From the sequence record PZ445527.1: DNA of 64,000 nt; one strand, given 5' to 3'. The DNA comes from a phage. Both the position numbers and the translations under genes were made by a program. Numbering within the stretch: position 1 is the first letter of the stretch; the number at the start of each line of letters is the position of its first letter. The notes under the pieces were generated by a model. That model ran no database searches. It had not been told where the DNA came from and saw only the letters and a list, made by a program, of their open reading frames with translations. Of the stretch, positions 36,575 through 46,561 are shown piece by piece.

Positions 36575-36602
36575 AACTTATCCTTTATTGTGTAGAAAAC
36601 TA

Positions 36603-36824
36603 TTAAAGAGCTGTCTCTTTAATAGACTCCCACTTCTTGGGGTCTTTAAAACCAGGAAGCATACCCTCACTGACATCCCAGTTCTCCTCCACATAGAGGT
36701 CCTCTAAGTCTAACTCATCTACTGCTAGATCCATTACCTCATGACTAGAAAGTCGTGTATAATCCCTAGCTGACTTATGGGTACTAGCACGGTTAAAATC
36801 ATTCTTTGCTACAAAATTACGCAT
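36603..36824 (-). CDS. hypothetical protein 73 aa
   Basis: ORF track. Confidence 0.45.
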   Translation of the reverse strand: MRNFVAKNDFNRASTHKSARDYTRLSSHEVMDLAVDELDLEDLYVEENWDVSEGMLPGFKDPKKWESIKETAL

Positions 36825-36834
36825 AGTTTCTCCA

Positions 36835-36857
36835 AATAAGAGGGGCTTTCGCCCCCT
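36835..36857 (-). terminator. stem-loop aggggc-tttc-gcccct, possible terminator
   Basis: 6-bp GC stem downstream of 36866..37081. Confidence 0.4.
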
Positions 36858-36865
36858 GATTTAAA

Positions 36866-37081
36866 TCACTTGCCCAGCAGTTTAAGGATATTTTCCATAA
36901 TAGTTTGGGCAGATTTTTCACTCTTGTTGGTTTCAGCCAACTTTAAAGCGAGTTCTTCCTGCTGTTTCTGAATATCCGCAGCAATTTTTTGATCAGCCTC
37001 AATACGAGCTTGAAGCTCATCAGTGATAGTGGTAAAGGAAGCAACGATTTCAGTAACAGAACGTGGTTTCTTAGAGAACAT
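36866..37081 (-). CDS. hypothetical coiled-coil protein 71 aa
   Basis: ORF track. Confidence 0.45.
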   Translation of the reverse strand: MFSKKPRSVTEIVASFTTITDELQARIEADQKIAADIQKQQEELALKLAETNKSEKSAQTIMENILKLLGK

Positions 37082-37144
37082 AAAAATATCCTTGATTAGT
37101 TAGAGAATTAGTAGATTCTAGGGGCAGAAGCCCCTATTTATCTA

Positions 37145-37660
37145 TTACTTCGCTTTACGTTTACGAGCTGGTTTAGCAGATTTACGAGCAGAATCACCCG
37201 TGAACTTAATGCCTACACCGTAACACAGAGCACGAACATTATCTTTACTATACTCTACGCCAAAGATATTTGGCTTAACAGAACCAAACTGTCCACGAGT
37301 ATCACGCAATACATCTGCCGTTGGTTTGCGTTTCTGGTTAACTGCTTTCTCGTAATCTTTCATGGCCATGCCATTACGAGGGAACAATTCTGCTCCAGCA
37401 TTGAAACTCAGTGCTACGGGAACAGATTTGTGACCGTAACCCTGTACATAGGTCACAAGGCGGGTTACAGAACGAGTAGCATTCTTAGCCTTCGGCTTTT
37501 GACGAATCGGAGCCGGACGATTCAGTGCCTGTGCAGCTTGAGCATCAGTAGGGTGCTTGCGCAGGTGGCGTTCCAGACGAGCTTTGCGGTTAGCCTCAGT
37601 CTGAGGGAAAGTTTTAACTGTAGTAGCTGCTTGAGTTTTTGCGTTTTTCTGCTTAGCCAT
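37145..37660 (-). CDS. basic hypothetical protein 171 aa (Lys/Arg-rich termini)
   Basis: ORF track; possibly nucleic-acid binding. Confidence 0.55.
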   Translation of the reverse strand: MAKQKNAKTQAATTVKTFPQTEANRKARLERHLRKHPTDAQAAQALNRPAPIRQKPKAKNATRSVTRLVTYVQGYGHKSVPVALSFNAGAELFPRNGMAMKDYEKAVNQKRKPTADVLRDTRGQFGSVKPNIFGVEYSKDNVRALCYGVGIKFTGDSARKSAKPARKRKAK

Positions 37661-37698
37661 TATTTGTTTTCCTTTTTGTTTATCAATTTATGAAGTAT

Positions 37699-37727
37699 AT
37701 TATACGGTAATTTGAAGCGTTTAGCAA
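37699..37727 (-). promoter_or_regulatory. sigma70 promoter (TTGCTA-17-TATAAT)
   Basis: Minus strand consensus. Confidence 0.7.
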
Positions 37728-37735
37728 ATGAATTT

Positions 37736-38185
37736 TTAATTTATTAACTGTAAGCTTCTTTTAATTTCAGACCTTACCTGCATCAAAAGAACTCCTAAAG
37801 TATTGTCCCCGATGCCTCGGCAAACACCCCAATATGTATCTCCCCAGGTATTTCCTTCGATCAAAGTTGCATTTTTTGTTGCTAACAGTTTGTCCCTCAA
37901 ATCAGGGATTGCAAACTTTAACCGTAAAAGCTCTAGCATTACGTCATCTTTTACCTTATCCCAGTCAGAGCGCAGAGTTAATTTACGTCCCCTACGTTTG
38001 GCAACTCCTGCATTTAGGGAGCGCAGTACATGAGCTACATCATCTTTTTGGTCGGATTTCATAGCCTGAAAAGCATGTTCTACAGTATCAGCATGCCATA
38101 TCTCATTTAGATATTCGAAAGTAATTGGTGATAAATAAAAGTTAGATAAAAAACTATAAGTACCTTTAAATTCAGTAATCTTCAT
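37736..38185 (-). CDS. NADAR (YbiA-like, DUF1768) domain protein 149 aa
   Basis: NADAR pattern: FLSNFY, EHAFQA.K, KRRGRK, RSDWDKVK, GNTWGDTYWG, LG..LM.VR. Confidence 0.7.
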   Translation of the reverse strand: MKITEFKGTYSFLSNFYLSPITFEYLNEIWHADTVEHAFQAMKSDQKDDVAHVLRSLNAGVAKRRGRKLTLRSDWDKVKDDVMLELLRLKFAIPDLRDKLLATKNATLIEGNTWGDTYWGVCRGIGDNTLGVLLMQVRSEIKRSLQLIN

Positions 38186-38466
38186 TTTTTACGCCCCGCA
38201 TCTTTAGCCTCCTCGGCTGTATAGATATACTGATAAGCCCCTTTGGAGTAGGCTGGAGCAGTACACATTTTCTTACGCTCAATCTCTTCTTGAGCTTTTC
38301 TTTCGCGTTCAGCTAATTCTTCATCCAGATAAACTAAACGTTGTTCTGGAGGAGGTGGAAGACGTGTTTCTGGCTCACCAATATTAGCCTTTCTTATTTG
38401 ACGAGGTGATTGTGCACGTTTTCTCAACGGTTTAAATCCTAATGAATTTGAGTTATAAATTCGCAT
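38182..38466 (-). CDS. hypothetical protein 94 aa
   Basis: ORF track. Confidence 0.5.
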   Translation of the reverse strand: MRIYNSNSLGFKPLRKRAQSPRQIRKANIGEPETRLPPPPEQRLVYLDEELAERERKAQEEIERKKMCTAPAYSKGAYQYIYTAEEAKDAGRKK

Positions 38467-38542
38467 AAAGCCCTCCTCACTTTCAATACGAATATTATAC
38501 TAAATTAGAGGGCTTTAAGCAAGAAGATTTTTAATTTATTTA

Positions 38543-39019
38543 TCACATCTCGGCAAGTTCTTGCTCAGTAATAACAGTATTACATAATGCGTCAACTTCT
38601 TCATTACCTCTAATACCTGAGTGCCCTTTAACCTTAATAAAGGTAGGGTTAGTATTATGAAAATTAATATACTGTTGGGTTAGTTTAAATGCTTCTTGCC
38701 ATAGTTCTAAATTGAGAGGAGCTTCACCATCTCCCTTCTTCCAGCCTTTCTTCTGCCAAGACCACATCCAGCTTTCCATACCATTTTTACAGTATGCAGA
38801 ATCAGTGTAGATTATAACTGGACGTTTATCATTCTTAGTAGCCCAGCGCAGAACTTCAACAATAGCTGTAAGTTCCATTTCATTGTTTGTGGTTTTTGGA
38901 CTGAAACCCGACTTAGAACCCAAACGTTCGTCATTAGGATCATAAACTACGAAACCCCAAGCACCTAAACCAGGATTACCTTTACAAGCCCCATCTGTAT
39001 ATATATGAAATGTACTCAT
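38543..39019 (-). CDS. rnhA: ribonuclease H (RNase HI type) 158 aa
   Basis: N-terminal FHIYTDGACKGNPG...WGF and conserved acidic residues. Confidence 0.8.
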   Translation of the reverse strand: MSTFHIYTDGACKGNPGLGAWGFVVYDPNDERLGSKSGFSPKTTNNEMELTAIVEVLRWATKNDKRPVIIYTDSAYCKNGMESWMWSWQKKGWKKGDGEAPLNLELWQEAFKLTQQYINFHNTNPTFIKVKGHSGIRGNEEVDALCNTVITEQELAEM

Positions 39020-39558
39020 TTATTAAGTTCCTCTAAAATAGGGGGTGGTTTTGTGGAATCAAAAGTTTCTATAACAGCGTTTTTACCGTGTAACTGTAGA
39101 CGAAGTTCATTGGCACATTGAATGGCGGATTCTAGGTCTTTGTACTCAAAATAACCACCATATACTGACTTTTTATCGGAGTCTCTAACATGTACTTGCC
39201 ATTTCTGATTTTGCCTATTCCAGCTAATTCCTAGATAACCAGATTTACTTCTAGTGGTTTTATTTCTCTGATTCTCTTGGTAATTAGATTTCCTGAGATT
39301 AATCCATCTATTATCATCTCGTATGCGGTTTATGTGGTCTACCATTTCCGGTAGATAGCCTTCCATATAGAGAAATGCTAGCTGATGCGCATAATATGGA
39401 TTTTTATCCACGGATATAGTTATATATCCGTCTTTTCTTAGATGACCAGCAATACTTCCTATTTTTCCGTTTCTACCCCTGACTCCCGTCCTTCTAGTAA
39501 ATATTCCGGTATCGGGGTTATAATCGAATAGTTCTTTTAATCTTTCTTGTGTGATCAT
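39016..39558 (-). CDS. HNH homing endonuclease (AP2-like N-terminal domain) 180 aa
   Basis: Paralog of 15232..15771 (same MITQERLKEL...YNP.TGIFT start). Confidence 0.7.
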   Translation of the reverse strand: MITQERLKELFDYNPDTGIFTRRTGVRGRNGKIGSIAGHLRKDGYITISVDKNPYYAHQLAFLYMEGYLPEMVDHINRIRDDNRWINLRKSNYQENQRNKTTRSKSGYLGISWNRQNQKWQVHVRDSDKKSVYGGYFEYKDLESAIQCANELRLQLHGKNAVIETFDSTKPPPILEELNK

Positions 39559-39938
39559 TCATCTAACCATCCTATGTCTATACTAAGTAATGCTTTTATT
39601 CCTGTAATACCTGTACCATAGGTATTATATCGAATAGCACTTCTGCTCTTTACTTCAAGTATATTTTCATACTCTGTATTTTCTAGAATTTCTGTAGATA
39701 TACCTAAATATCCTGATTGATCTTCCTCGTCCCAACCCATATCTTCTAGAAGATTTAGACGTAATTCTACCTTCTCATCTCCATTGCCTACAGAGTAGTA
39801 GTCTTCTAAAGTCCTGAATTTAGAAGTGATAGAGTCTAGTATTAATAATATCTGTTCCTTAGTAATAGTTTCTTTATCACCCTGTAAGTAATTGGAGTAA
39901 TTCAGAAGGGCTTGTTCTAATTCAATTTCTTTACTCAT
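39555..39938 (-). CDS. hypothetical acidic protein 127 aa
   Basis: ORF track. Confidence 0.5.
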   Translation of the reverse strand: MSKEIELEQALLNYSNYLQGDKETITKEQILLILDSITSKFRTLEDYYSVGNGDEKVELRLNLLEDMGWDEEDQSGYLGISTEILENTEYENILEVKSRSAIRYNTYGTGITGIKALLSIDIGWLDE

Positions 39939-40038
39939 TTTATTATCCTTTTGTACTTATTGAGTATATTATATTTAAAATTATACCTAATAAGCAGGTA
40001 CAATTTCAAATATAATAGCCCCGAAAGGGCTATTTGAG

Positions 40039-40878
40039 TTAAGAAGACATCTTAGCTTTAAGAGCTGGGTGAGGATCATACCCCTCCAAATGGAATGACC
40101 AAGCTGCCGTATTATTTTCTAGTAAGTCGTAAAGATCTACAAATTCTGGCATTACTAGAGTCGGTAAAGGACGAGGTTTACGTTTTACCTGTTCTTCTAC
40201 CTGTTCCATGTGGTCATTATAGATATGAGTATCGCCGCCACTAAAGATAAGGTAGCGAGGTTTTAATCCTGTCAGTTTTGCTAATATATGCGTTAATAAA
40301 GCATAACTAGCAATGTTGAAAGGTAAACCGAGGAAACAATCCACAGAACGTTGTGTCCATTTAAGATCTAGGTATCCATCGTTACTTACATAGCACTGGA
40401 AGCCGTAGTGACAGGGTGGTAATGCCATTTTATCAAGTTCAGCTACGTTCCATGCAGATACTAGGTGTCTGCGACCATGTGGGTTATTTTTGAGTCCCTC
40501 AATAAGTTCTATAATCTGATCTCGTCCACCAAAGTTGCGCCATTGTTTACCATATACTGGCCCTAGATTACCTTTGTCATAACCCATACTTATGGCTTGG
40601 TCTTCGTAGTTTGGAGTCCATATAGTCCATTGCCCCTCATCACACCCAAAAGTGAATACACGTAGATCATGAAGATTTGTGGAACCAGACAAGAACCATA
40701 AAAGTTCTCCTACTACTGATTTCCAGGCCAGGCGTTTAGTAGTTACAGCCGGGAACCCTTCACGTAGATCGAACTTAGCATAGGAATCAAAAATTGAAAC
40801 TGTGCCTGTTCCTGTACGGTCATTACGGGGTTCACCTAGTAAAATTACATCTGTCAAAATTTTTAAGTATTGTTGCAT
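40039..40878 (-). CDS. thyA: thymidylate synthase (ThyA type) 279 aa
   Basis: Conserved ThyA blocks (GxxxxDRTGTGT, catalytic-Cys region LPPCH, GLPFNIASYALLTHI). Confidence 0.9.
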   Translation of the reverse strand: MQQYLKILTDVILLGEPRNDRTGTGTVSIFDSYAKFDLREGFPAVTTKRLAWKSVVGELLWFLSGSTNLHDLRVFTFGCDEGQWTIWTPNYEDQAISMGYDKGNLGPVYGKQWRNFGGRDQIIELIEGLKNNPHGRRHLVSAWNVAELDKMALPPCHYGFQCYVSNDGYLDLKWTQRSVDCFLGLPFNIASYALLTHILAKLTGLKPRYLIFSGGDTHIYNDHMEQVEEQVKRKPRPLPTLVMPEFVDLYDLLENNTAAWSFHLEGYDPHPALKAKMSS

Positions 40879-41411
40879 TAATAAGTAACCAATTCCTGTA
40901 CAAATCGCAGGCTGTTATCACTGTTTGCGCCAACTGCATAGACTAATCGAGTGGATTCATAGTTATAATCCAGTATCATACTATCTAGGTGTGTATCTGC
41001 CTCTAGCTTCTGTTCGCTAAAGATTGTAGATACAAAAGCACTTTCAATATGCCCATGTTGGTACATTTCTAGAAGAAGACTAGCTCCACCTAGAACTACT
41101 GTTTGCTGATCTTTTAGAAAGGTAGGTAATGTATCACCTATCATTGATATGGGAGTGTAAATATCGTGTGTAATATCGTCTGGCAGTGGACGATCAGCAC
41201 GAATAAATAGGTCAGAAGCTCCAATCATACGTTCCCTAACGGTATATGGAAGAGCTAAATAAGTACCCGCACCAATGATGATATTATCGGGATTCAACAC
41301 GTCCAGTTGGGAATAGAAAGCATTCAGCTCTTCCTTGAAGGAGCCCCAAGGAAGCTTACCCCGGAGGCCGAACTCCCCATTCGGCCCAACTGCATACATT
41401 GCTGTAATCAT
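40878..41411 (-). CDS. frd: dihydrofolate reductase 177 aa
   Basis: DHFR-like N-terminus (IGxxGxLPW), size, position between thyA and nrdB. Confidence 0.75.
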   Translation of the reverse strand: MITAMYAVGPNGEFGLRGKLPWGSFKEELNAFYSQLDVLNPDNIIIGAGTYLALPYTVRERMIGASDLFIRADRPLPDDITHDIYTPISMIGDTLPTFLKDQQTVVLGGASLLLEMYQHGHIESAFVSTIFSEQKLEADTHLDSMILDYNYESTRLVYAVGANSDNSLRFVQELVTY

Positions 41412-42553
41412 AGGAAATCTCCAAATTCATTACCCAAATCTTTCAGGGTATCCATAGACGTTTCTGTGACTTGACCTACACGGTAGGCTGCACCAATCTG
41501 GATTTCTTGTGGAGCAGGCTGTAGAGAGGTAGTATCCAACCAGTTCATGATCCACGGAATAGGGTTTTTGGTGATTACTGGTAAGTGACTAGGCCATTCT
41601 ACACCAATGTGCATAAATGCATTACGCCCCACAAAGTACAGATATTCTTCTAGAAGTTCTGCATTCAAACCAATCAGACTACGACCTTTGAAGATGAAAT
41701 GACCCCATTCAATTTCAGTTTTCAGAGTTTTCAGGAGCTGTGCTGGTGCTTTAGCCACTGCTTCATCTACCAGATCTTTGTCAAACTGCTGGAACATAAT
41801 CTGGATGATTGTTTTAGACATCTGCGTGTGAAGGGCCTCATCCTTAGCAATCAACTGCAGATTTTTAGCAATACCTTGCAGAATATCGTTCTCTGCTAAC
41901 GCAAAGGTACATGCAAAGGATGCGTAGAACTGCATTGCTTCCAGACCGTAGATTGCAAAATAAGCATCTAACAGTTTAGCCTGAGTTTCACGCTTAACTT
42001 CAGGGAACTCAGTTTCTGGGTATGTATTGTCACCACGATGATCACGTACTGCGATGAAATACTGACCTAACTGGTACAGTTCATCAAATAGTTCAACAGA
42101 ATCTGCGATACGTGCAAATGCTTCTTGGTTTTTAGTTACAGAATCAATAAATTCTGCCGGATCAGTCAACACATTACGAATAATATTGCTATAGGCACGA
42201 CTATGCAGGTCTTCAAAGTAGCTCCACTGTTTTAGCATTCCTTCCAGTTCAGGGCGGCTTACAAGCGGCATAATAGCTGCTTCAGGTGCGCGACTAATGA
42301 AAGAATCTGTTTGGGTCTGCCATGCTAAGTTCAGGAGTGTAATTTCCTGAATTTCACGAGGGAGGTTAGGCCATTGTTTCTTATCAGCCTCTAAACTGAT
42401 TTCTGTCTCAGTCCAAAATTGAGAGCGTTGCAGAAGTGCCAGACGCTCTAATTCTGGATGTGCTACGCGTACATAATCTGCGATACCTAGAGAATCGCCC
42501 AGGAAAAGATCAGCGTTAGTATGATCCCAATTCAGGTTTAGTAAAGTAGTCAT
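41408..42553 (-). CDS. nrdB: ribonucleotide reductase class Ia small subunit (NrdB) 381 aa
   Basis: Di-iron/tyrosyl-radical R2 blocks, size, adjacency to nrdA. Confidence 0.85.
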   Translation of the reverse strand: MTTLLNLNWDHTNADLFLGDSLGIADYVRVAHPELERLALLQRSQFWTETEISLEADKKQWPNLPREIQEITLLNLAWQTQTDSFISRAPEAAIMPLVSRPELEGMLKQWSYFEDLHSRAYSNIIRNVLTDPAEFIDSVTKNQEAFARIADSVELFDELYQLGQYFIAVRDHRGDNTYPETEFPEVKRETQAKLLDAYFAIYGLEAMQFYASFACTFALAENDILQGIAKNLQLIAKDEALHTQMSKTIIQIMFQQFDKDLVDEAVAKAPAQLLKTLKTEIEWGHFIFKGRSLIGLNAELLEEYLYFVGRNAFMHIGVEWPSHLPVITKNPIPWIMNWLDTTSLQPAPQEIQIGAAYRVGQVTETSMDTLKDLGNEFGDFL

Positions 42554-42619
42554 TGATTTTCCTCTTTCTCACTATTTCAGGAATATTATAGCAAATCAGA
42601 TAGCGATTAGCAAGTAAAA

Positions 42620-43126
42620 TTATAAACTATCAAGCTCCAATAGTTTAGCATCACGCCATTCTATAGCATCCTCTAATTCTTTAAATGTTTTTGTATATTT
42701 TACGCCTTTACGAGCTATCTGGACTTGATATGATCCACTAGCTTTTTGATGAATATTTTTAATACCTAGCTTATTGTCTTTATGCGCCCCGACATTCTTT
42801 CCGTTACTGAATCTATCAGAAGCTACTAGGTTAATAGCTCTATTATCATGTCGTATTCTATTATCGTGGTCTACTTCAGGTGGCAGATACCCATGAATTT
42901 TAGCAAAGATTACCCTATGGGCTAAGTAGGGGTATCCTTTAATATTTAATACTATATATCCTGTAGATTTATCTAAGGAGCCTGCTGGTTTTCCGGCATA
43001 TTTGGTATTAAATGTTTTATTATCTCTAGGTCTATGAGTCAATATTCCAGTATATGGATCATAATCAAATAATTTAGCTACCTCTAGATGATCTTCTAAT
43101 GTTTTTGACATAATTATAATTTCCAA
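42620..43126 (-). CDS. HNH homing endonuclease 168 aa, free-standing between nrdA and nrdB
   Basis: AP2-like N-terminus (FDYDPYTGILTHR) and His/Asn core (EVDHDNRIRHDNRAINL). Confidence 0.7.
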   Translation of the reverse strand: MEIIIMSKTLEDHLEVAKLFDYDPYTGILTHRPRDNKTFNTKYAGKPAGSLDKSTGYIVLNIKGYPYLAHRVIFAKIHGYLPPEVDHDNRIRHDNRAINLVASDRFSNGKNVGAHKDNKLGIKNIHQKASGSYQVQIARKGVKYTKTFKELEDAIEWRDAKLLELDSL

Positions 43127-43175
43127 CCAATTAGTATAAAAATAAGAGGGTTATAATTAACCCTCTTTACTAGTT

Positions 43176-46100
43176 TTATAAGGTGCAGCCACCTGAAGAA
43201 CATCCTGTAGTTTCTCCAGCTCCTCCACCATTCGCAGTGTTAAAGTTAGCATAATACCAGGTTTTTATACCATACTTAACCGCAGTCATAAAGTCACGAA
43301 CTACTACTGGGCCAGGGATGATTTCATTCTCGAATTTAGAGTAATCATAATACATCTGGAAACTTGATGACTGACTCAAGAATTTTTGGTAAACGGCGTT
43401 CCACTTGATCCACTCAATACGATCTACATCATAGGCCAGTTTATAGCTCATGAGAGTATCCCAATCAGTTGCACCTGGGGCAATTGCAATTACTTTATTC
43501 ACTGCACTACCCTTGATAGATACAATCTTACGAGGTGGTTCAATAGAGTTAGTAACGCCTAACAGAACAGAGGAACTTTCTCCCGGCATCTGCGCAGTCA
43601 GAACAGAGTTACGCATACCGTATTTCAGAATGTCTGCACGCAGAGATTCCCAATCCATTTCTAGACCTACGGATACCAGCTCATCAACAGTTTTCTTATA
43701 CGTGTCGATTACCAGAATTCCTTTGGATGGTTTAGTACGATTAAACCATTCACATGCACCTTGTTCTTTAGCCAGACGTACAGAGGCTTTATGTAGGAAG
43801 TAAGACAGTTTTTCAGCTTCACGATGAATCCAGTTACGTGCTTCAACGCCTTCATAAGCCAAACCTTCCGCCGCCATTGCACCTGCTGCGTTCATCAGAC
43901 CAATACCAACATTACGACGTTTCTTAGCCGTATATTCCATAGTTGGGAACGGATAATCCTGAATTTCAATGATGGTATCAACGAATTTCAGGAGGATGTA
44001 GCAAGTTTTCTCCCACTCAGCCAGAGATTCCATGCGTCCTAGTACAACACCACCTAAGTTACACAGAGATACTTCACCAATATCCTCTGGCTTCATTTGA
44101 TCAAGCTGCTCTTTTGTCTTATACAGCTCTGTGATATGATGGAACGGGCGTGTAGGCTGAGTAATTTCTACACAGTTACCCGCTAAAATGCCATTAAATA
44201 CACCTAAGTTTAATTTAGGTTCTGTAAAGCAATAAGTATCACTAATACGACCAGTAAACTCAACGTTAGTTACAGTTACAAAACGGGTTGCGTCTCTATT
44301 GGGGCGTGTTAGGTTTAAGAGTTTCTCTTTATCCAAAGAGAGTCCTAAATCTTTAAGTTTCCAGAAGCCACTACTCCCCACAATAAGCCTACTAGTCTCC
44401 TTGCAGTGGTATAGTTTACTAGTACCAGTACCATCTGGTAACTCGTGGTCACCTTCTTTGCGTCCTAAAATAATCTTGCTAGTAACCCCCAATTCTAGTA
44501 ACAAATCCTTCACTTTACTTAGAAAATCAGGCTCTGCCGAAGCAACCACAATACTAGGAGTTGTGCCATTTTTCTGTATGCAGCCATCTGCATCTAAATA
44601 TCCCTCTAACCATTTGATACGGCTATCAATAGTATACTCTGGGCCAGGTACAAAATACTTCGGCATTAAATCAGACTTAACAATATAGCTCAGTCTACCT
44701 GTGCTGTCCAGTAATCCACTTCCCTGAATTTCTGCGTCAATTTTATCCACTAATGGTAGTTTGCCACCTTTTTCATAGAAGTACAGCTTAGGTTCTCCAT
44801 GTCTTCCATAAGTTCCATCTCCAGTGAAGAAACCGTTAGTATAAGGAGATTTTAGTACCATATTTCCATGATCTACAATAGGATTACTAAATTTAGGCAT
44901 TTTCATACCTACTTGCAAGTCTACTGCTCGTACCTCTTCTAGCCCCTGTTTGAAAGAGGTACGACGATCCTCTCTGACATATTTGGGCTGGTGGTAGAAC
45001 TTATGATAAAGAGTAGATTCAATAGTAGATCCATCAGAGAATGTGATTTTTATCAACTCCTGAGCTTCCCCAGTTTTAGTAGGGATAACTGTTGACCATT
45101 CTTGTCCGTTCCAAATCTCTACTTCTTTACCAACTAAATCAATAATCTCTATGTTACCATTTTTGGTTAAAATTTTTGTTTCTGGAGCTACACAAAGGTT
45201 TGTCATACGGATTGGATCAAGGAAGTTACCGTGACGATTAGATTCCCCGATGTGGTGCGCATACATACGTCCTGTTTCCATTCGGATACGTAGCCAAGTA
45301 TCTAGGATTTCTTTTGCAGAGACTTTAGGAGCTGCTGGAACTGTTTTTCCTTCGTGGTCGATCTTTGTAAGAGATGCCACACGTTTCTCCGCTGCCACGT
45401 AGATTTCTTCAAATTTAGCCTCGTCATCACTATAAAACGCTTCATGAACTTCTGGAGCATAGAAGTATGACATTAGCGTAATATCTTCATTTTTCAGATA
45501 ACGTTTTAACAAAAGATTGTTGAAGCTCAGAGAATAATCCATCTTATCAATTTTATTCTCGTCTGTAGCACGTTGTTGCTTAACCTGCATCAACTGAATG
45601 ATTTCAGGGTCAAAGTATGGATAAGACACTGTAGCAGAACCACCACGAGTTTGCTGAGTATTGGCCTTTACTGAGCGATCAATGTGTCGATAATATGGCA
45701 GTTTTCCGGAATGCGGGAATGCCCCATTTCGCACCGGATCAGCAATTGATCTGCTTTCAAGATGATACCCGATTCCCGCTCTGGCTGCAACCATTTTGAA
45801 GACGATGTGCTCGGCGGTGTCGATTGAATCCAACGTGTCAGTGGAATCCACGAGGCAGCAACTAGCAAATCCACGGTCACTAGAGCGCAGACCAACCAGT
45901 GGCGGCGTAGGAACGTTGATTTTGTGGAGCGACATTGCGTTGTAGAGGTCGATTGCATCTAGAATTGTCCAGTTAGGTTGAGATAACATCGCCATTGCCA
46001 TACCCATGTAGGCAAACTGCGGAGTTTCATAAATTTCACCAGTGGCTATGTTGCGGCGGGAATACTTATCAAAGAACTGCTTCAGTCCACCACTAGTAAA

Positions 46101-46523
46101 AAGACGGTCACGATCATGGTCGATAACCTGATTCAGAGCTTCAAATTGCTCATCGGTAATCCATGCACTCATGTCTTCCCATGCACCTACGCTAACCATG
46201 TGGTCATGGAAGAAGCGCAGAGAAGGTGGTTCGAAGGAATCATAAAGGCGTTTACGCATTTGCGCAAGACGTAATTCCTTTGCTGGCACATCGTATGCTG
46301 GGTTATCTTTGATAAGGCTTTCAGCAGCCTTAATTAATGCGTCCATCAGAGTGTCGGAATCTACAACCCCTTTAGGCAGAGTTTTTTGAGCAGCCATAGT
46401 AATGGCTGACCAACTTACATCAACTGTTTTGCAACCATACTCTGCCCAACCATTGAGTTTTTCAGGAGCAAAGTCTTCTACAGTACCGTCACGTTTAATT
46501 ACTTTTTCAATGCGATGGCTCAT
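43176..46523 (-). CDS. nrdA: ribonucleotide reductase class Ia large subunit (NrdA) containing a 340-aa intein
   Basis: ATP-cone start MSHRIEKVIKRDG (ORF track start trimmed to ATG 46523 behind a consensus promoter and SD), catalytic-site motif TNLC...VEI interrupted by intein; extein about 776 aa. Confidence 0.9.
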   Translation of the reverse strand: MSHRIEKVIKRDGTVEDFAPEKLNGWAEYGCKTVDVSWSAITMAAQKTLPKGVVDSDTLMDALIKAAESLIKDNPAYDVPAKELRLAQMRKRLYDSFEPPSLRFFHDHMVSVGAWEDMSAWITDEQFEALNQVIDHDRDRLFTSGGLKQFFDKYSRRNIATGEIYETPQFAYMGMAMAMLSQPNWTILDAIDLYNAMSLHKINVPTPPLVGLRSSDRGFASCCLVDSTDTLDSIDTAEHIVFKMVAARAGIGYHLESRSIADPVRNGAFPHSGKLPYYRHIDRSVKANTQQTRGGSATVSYPYFDPEIIQLMQVKQQRATDENKIDKMDYSLSFNNLLLKRYLKNEDITLMSYFYAPEVHEAFYSDDEAKFEEIYVAAEKRVASLTKIDHEGKTVPAAPKVSAKEILDTWLRIRMETGRMYAHHIGESNRHGNFLDPIRMTNLCVAPETKILTKNGNIEIIDLVGKEVEIWNGQEWSTVIPTKTGEAQELIKITFSDGSTIESTLYHKFYHQPKYVREDRRTSFKQGLEEVRAVDLQVGMKMPKFSNPIVDHGNMVLKSPYTNGFFTGDGTYGRHGEPKLYFYEKGGKLPLVDKIDAEIQGSGLLDSTGRLSYIVKSDLMPKYFVPGPEYTIDSRIKWLEGYLDADGCIQKNGTTPSIVVASAEPDFLSKVKDLLLELGVTSKIILGRKEGDHELPDGTGTSKLYHCKETSRLIVGSSGFWKLKDLGLSLDKEKLLNLTRPNRDATRFVTVTNVEFTGRISDTYCFTEPKLNLGVFNGILAGNCVEITQPTRPFHHITELYKTKEQLDQMKPEDIGEVSLCNLGGVVLGRMESLAEWEKTCYILLKFVDTIIEIQDYPFPTMEYTAKKRRNVGIGLMNAAGAMAAEGLAYEGVEARNWIHREAEKLSYFLHKASVRLAKEQGACEWFNRTKPSKGILVIDTYKKTVDELVSVGLEMDWESLRADILKYGMRNSVLTAQMPGESSSVLLGVTNSIEPPRKIVSIKGSAVNKVIAIAPGATDWDTLMSYKLAYDVDRIEWIKWNAVYQKFLSQSSSFQMYYDYSKFENEIIPGPVVVRDFMTAVKYGIKTWYYANFNTANGGGAGETTGCSSGGCTL
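44175..45194 (-). mobile_element. intein (340 aa) with LAGLIDADG homing-endonuclease domain, inserted at the NrdA catalytic Cys
   Basis: Starts with Cys (CVAPETKIL) right after TNL, ends ...ILAGN followed by +1 Cys (CVEITQP), restoring NLCVEI; LAGLIDADG-like blocks FFTGDG and LEGYLDADG. Confidence 0.8.
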
Positions 46524-46561
46524 TTGGTTTTCCTTTTTATAGTTATCAGGATTTAAGGAAT

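Noticed and set aside
43450-45958. Plus-strand ORFs 43450..43803, 43824..44042, 44299..44688 and minus-strand ORF 45668..45958 inside nrdA
   Set aside because: All lie within the well-supported NrdA/intein reading frame on the opposite strand or in an alternative frame; no start signals.
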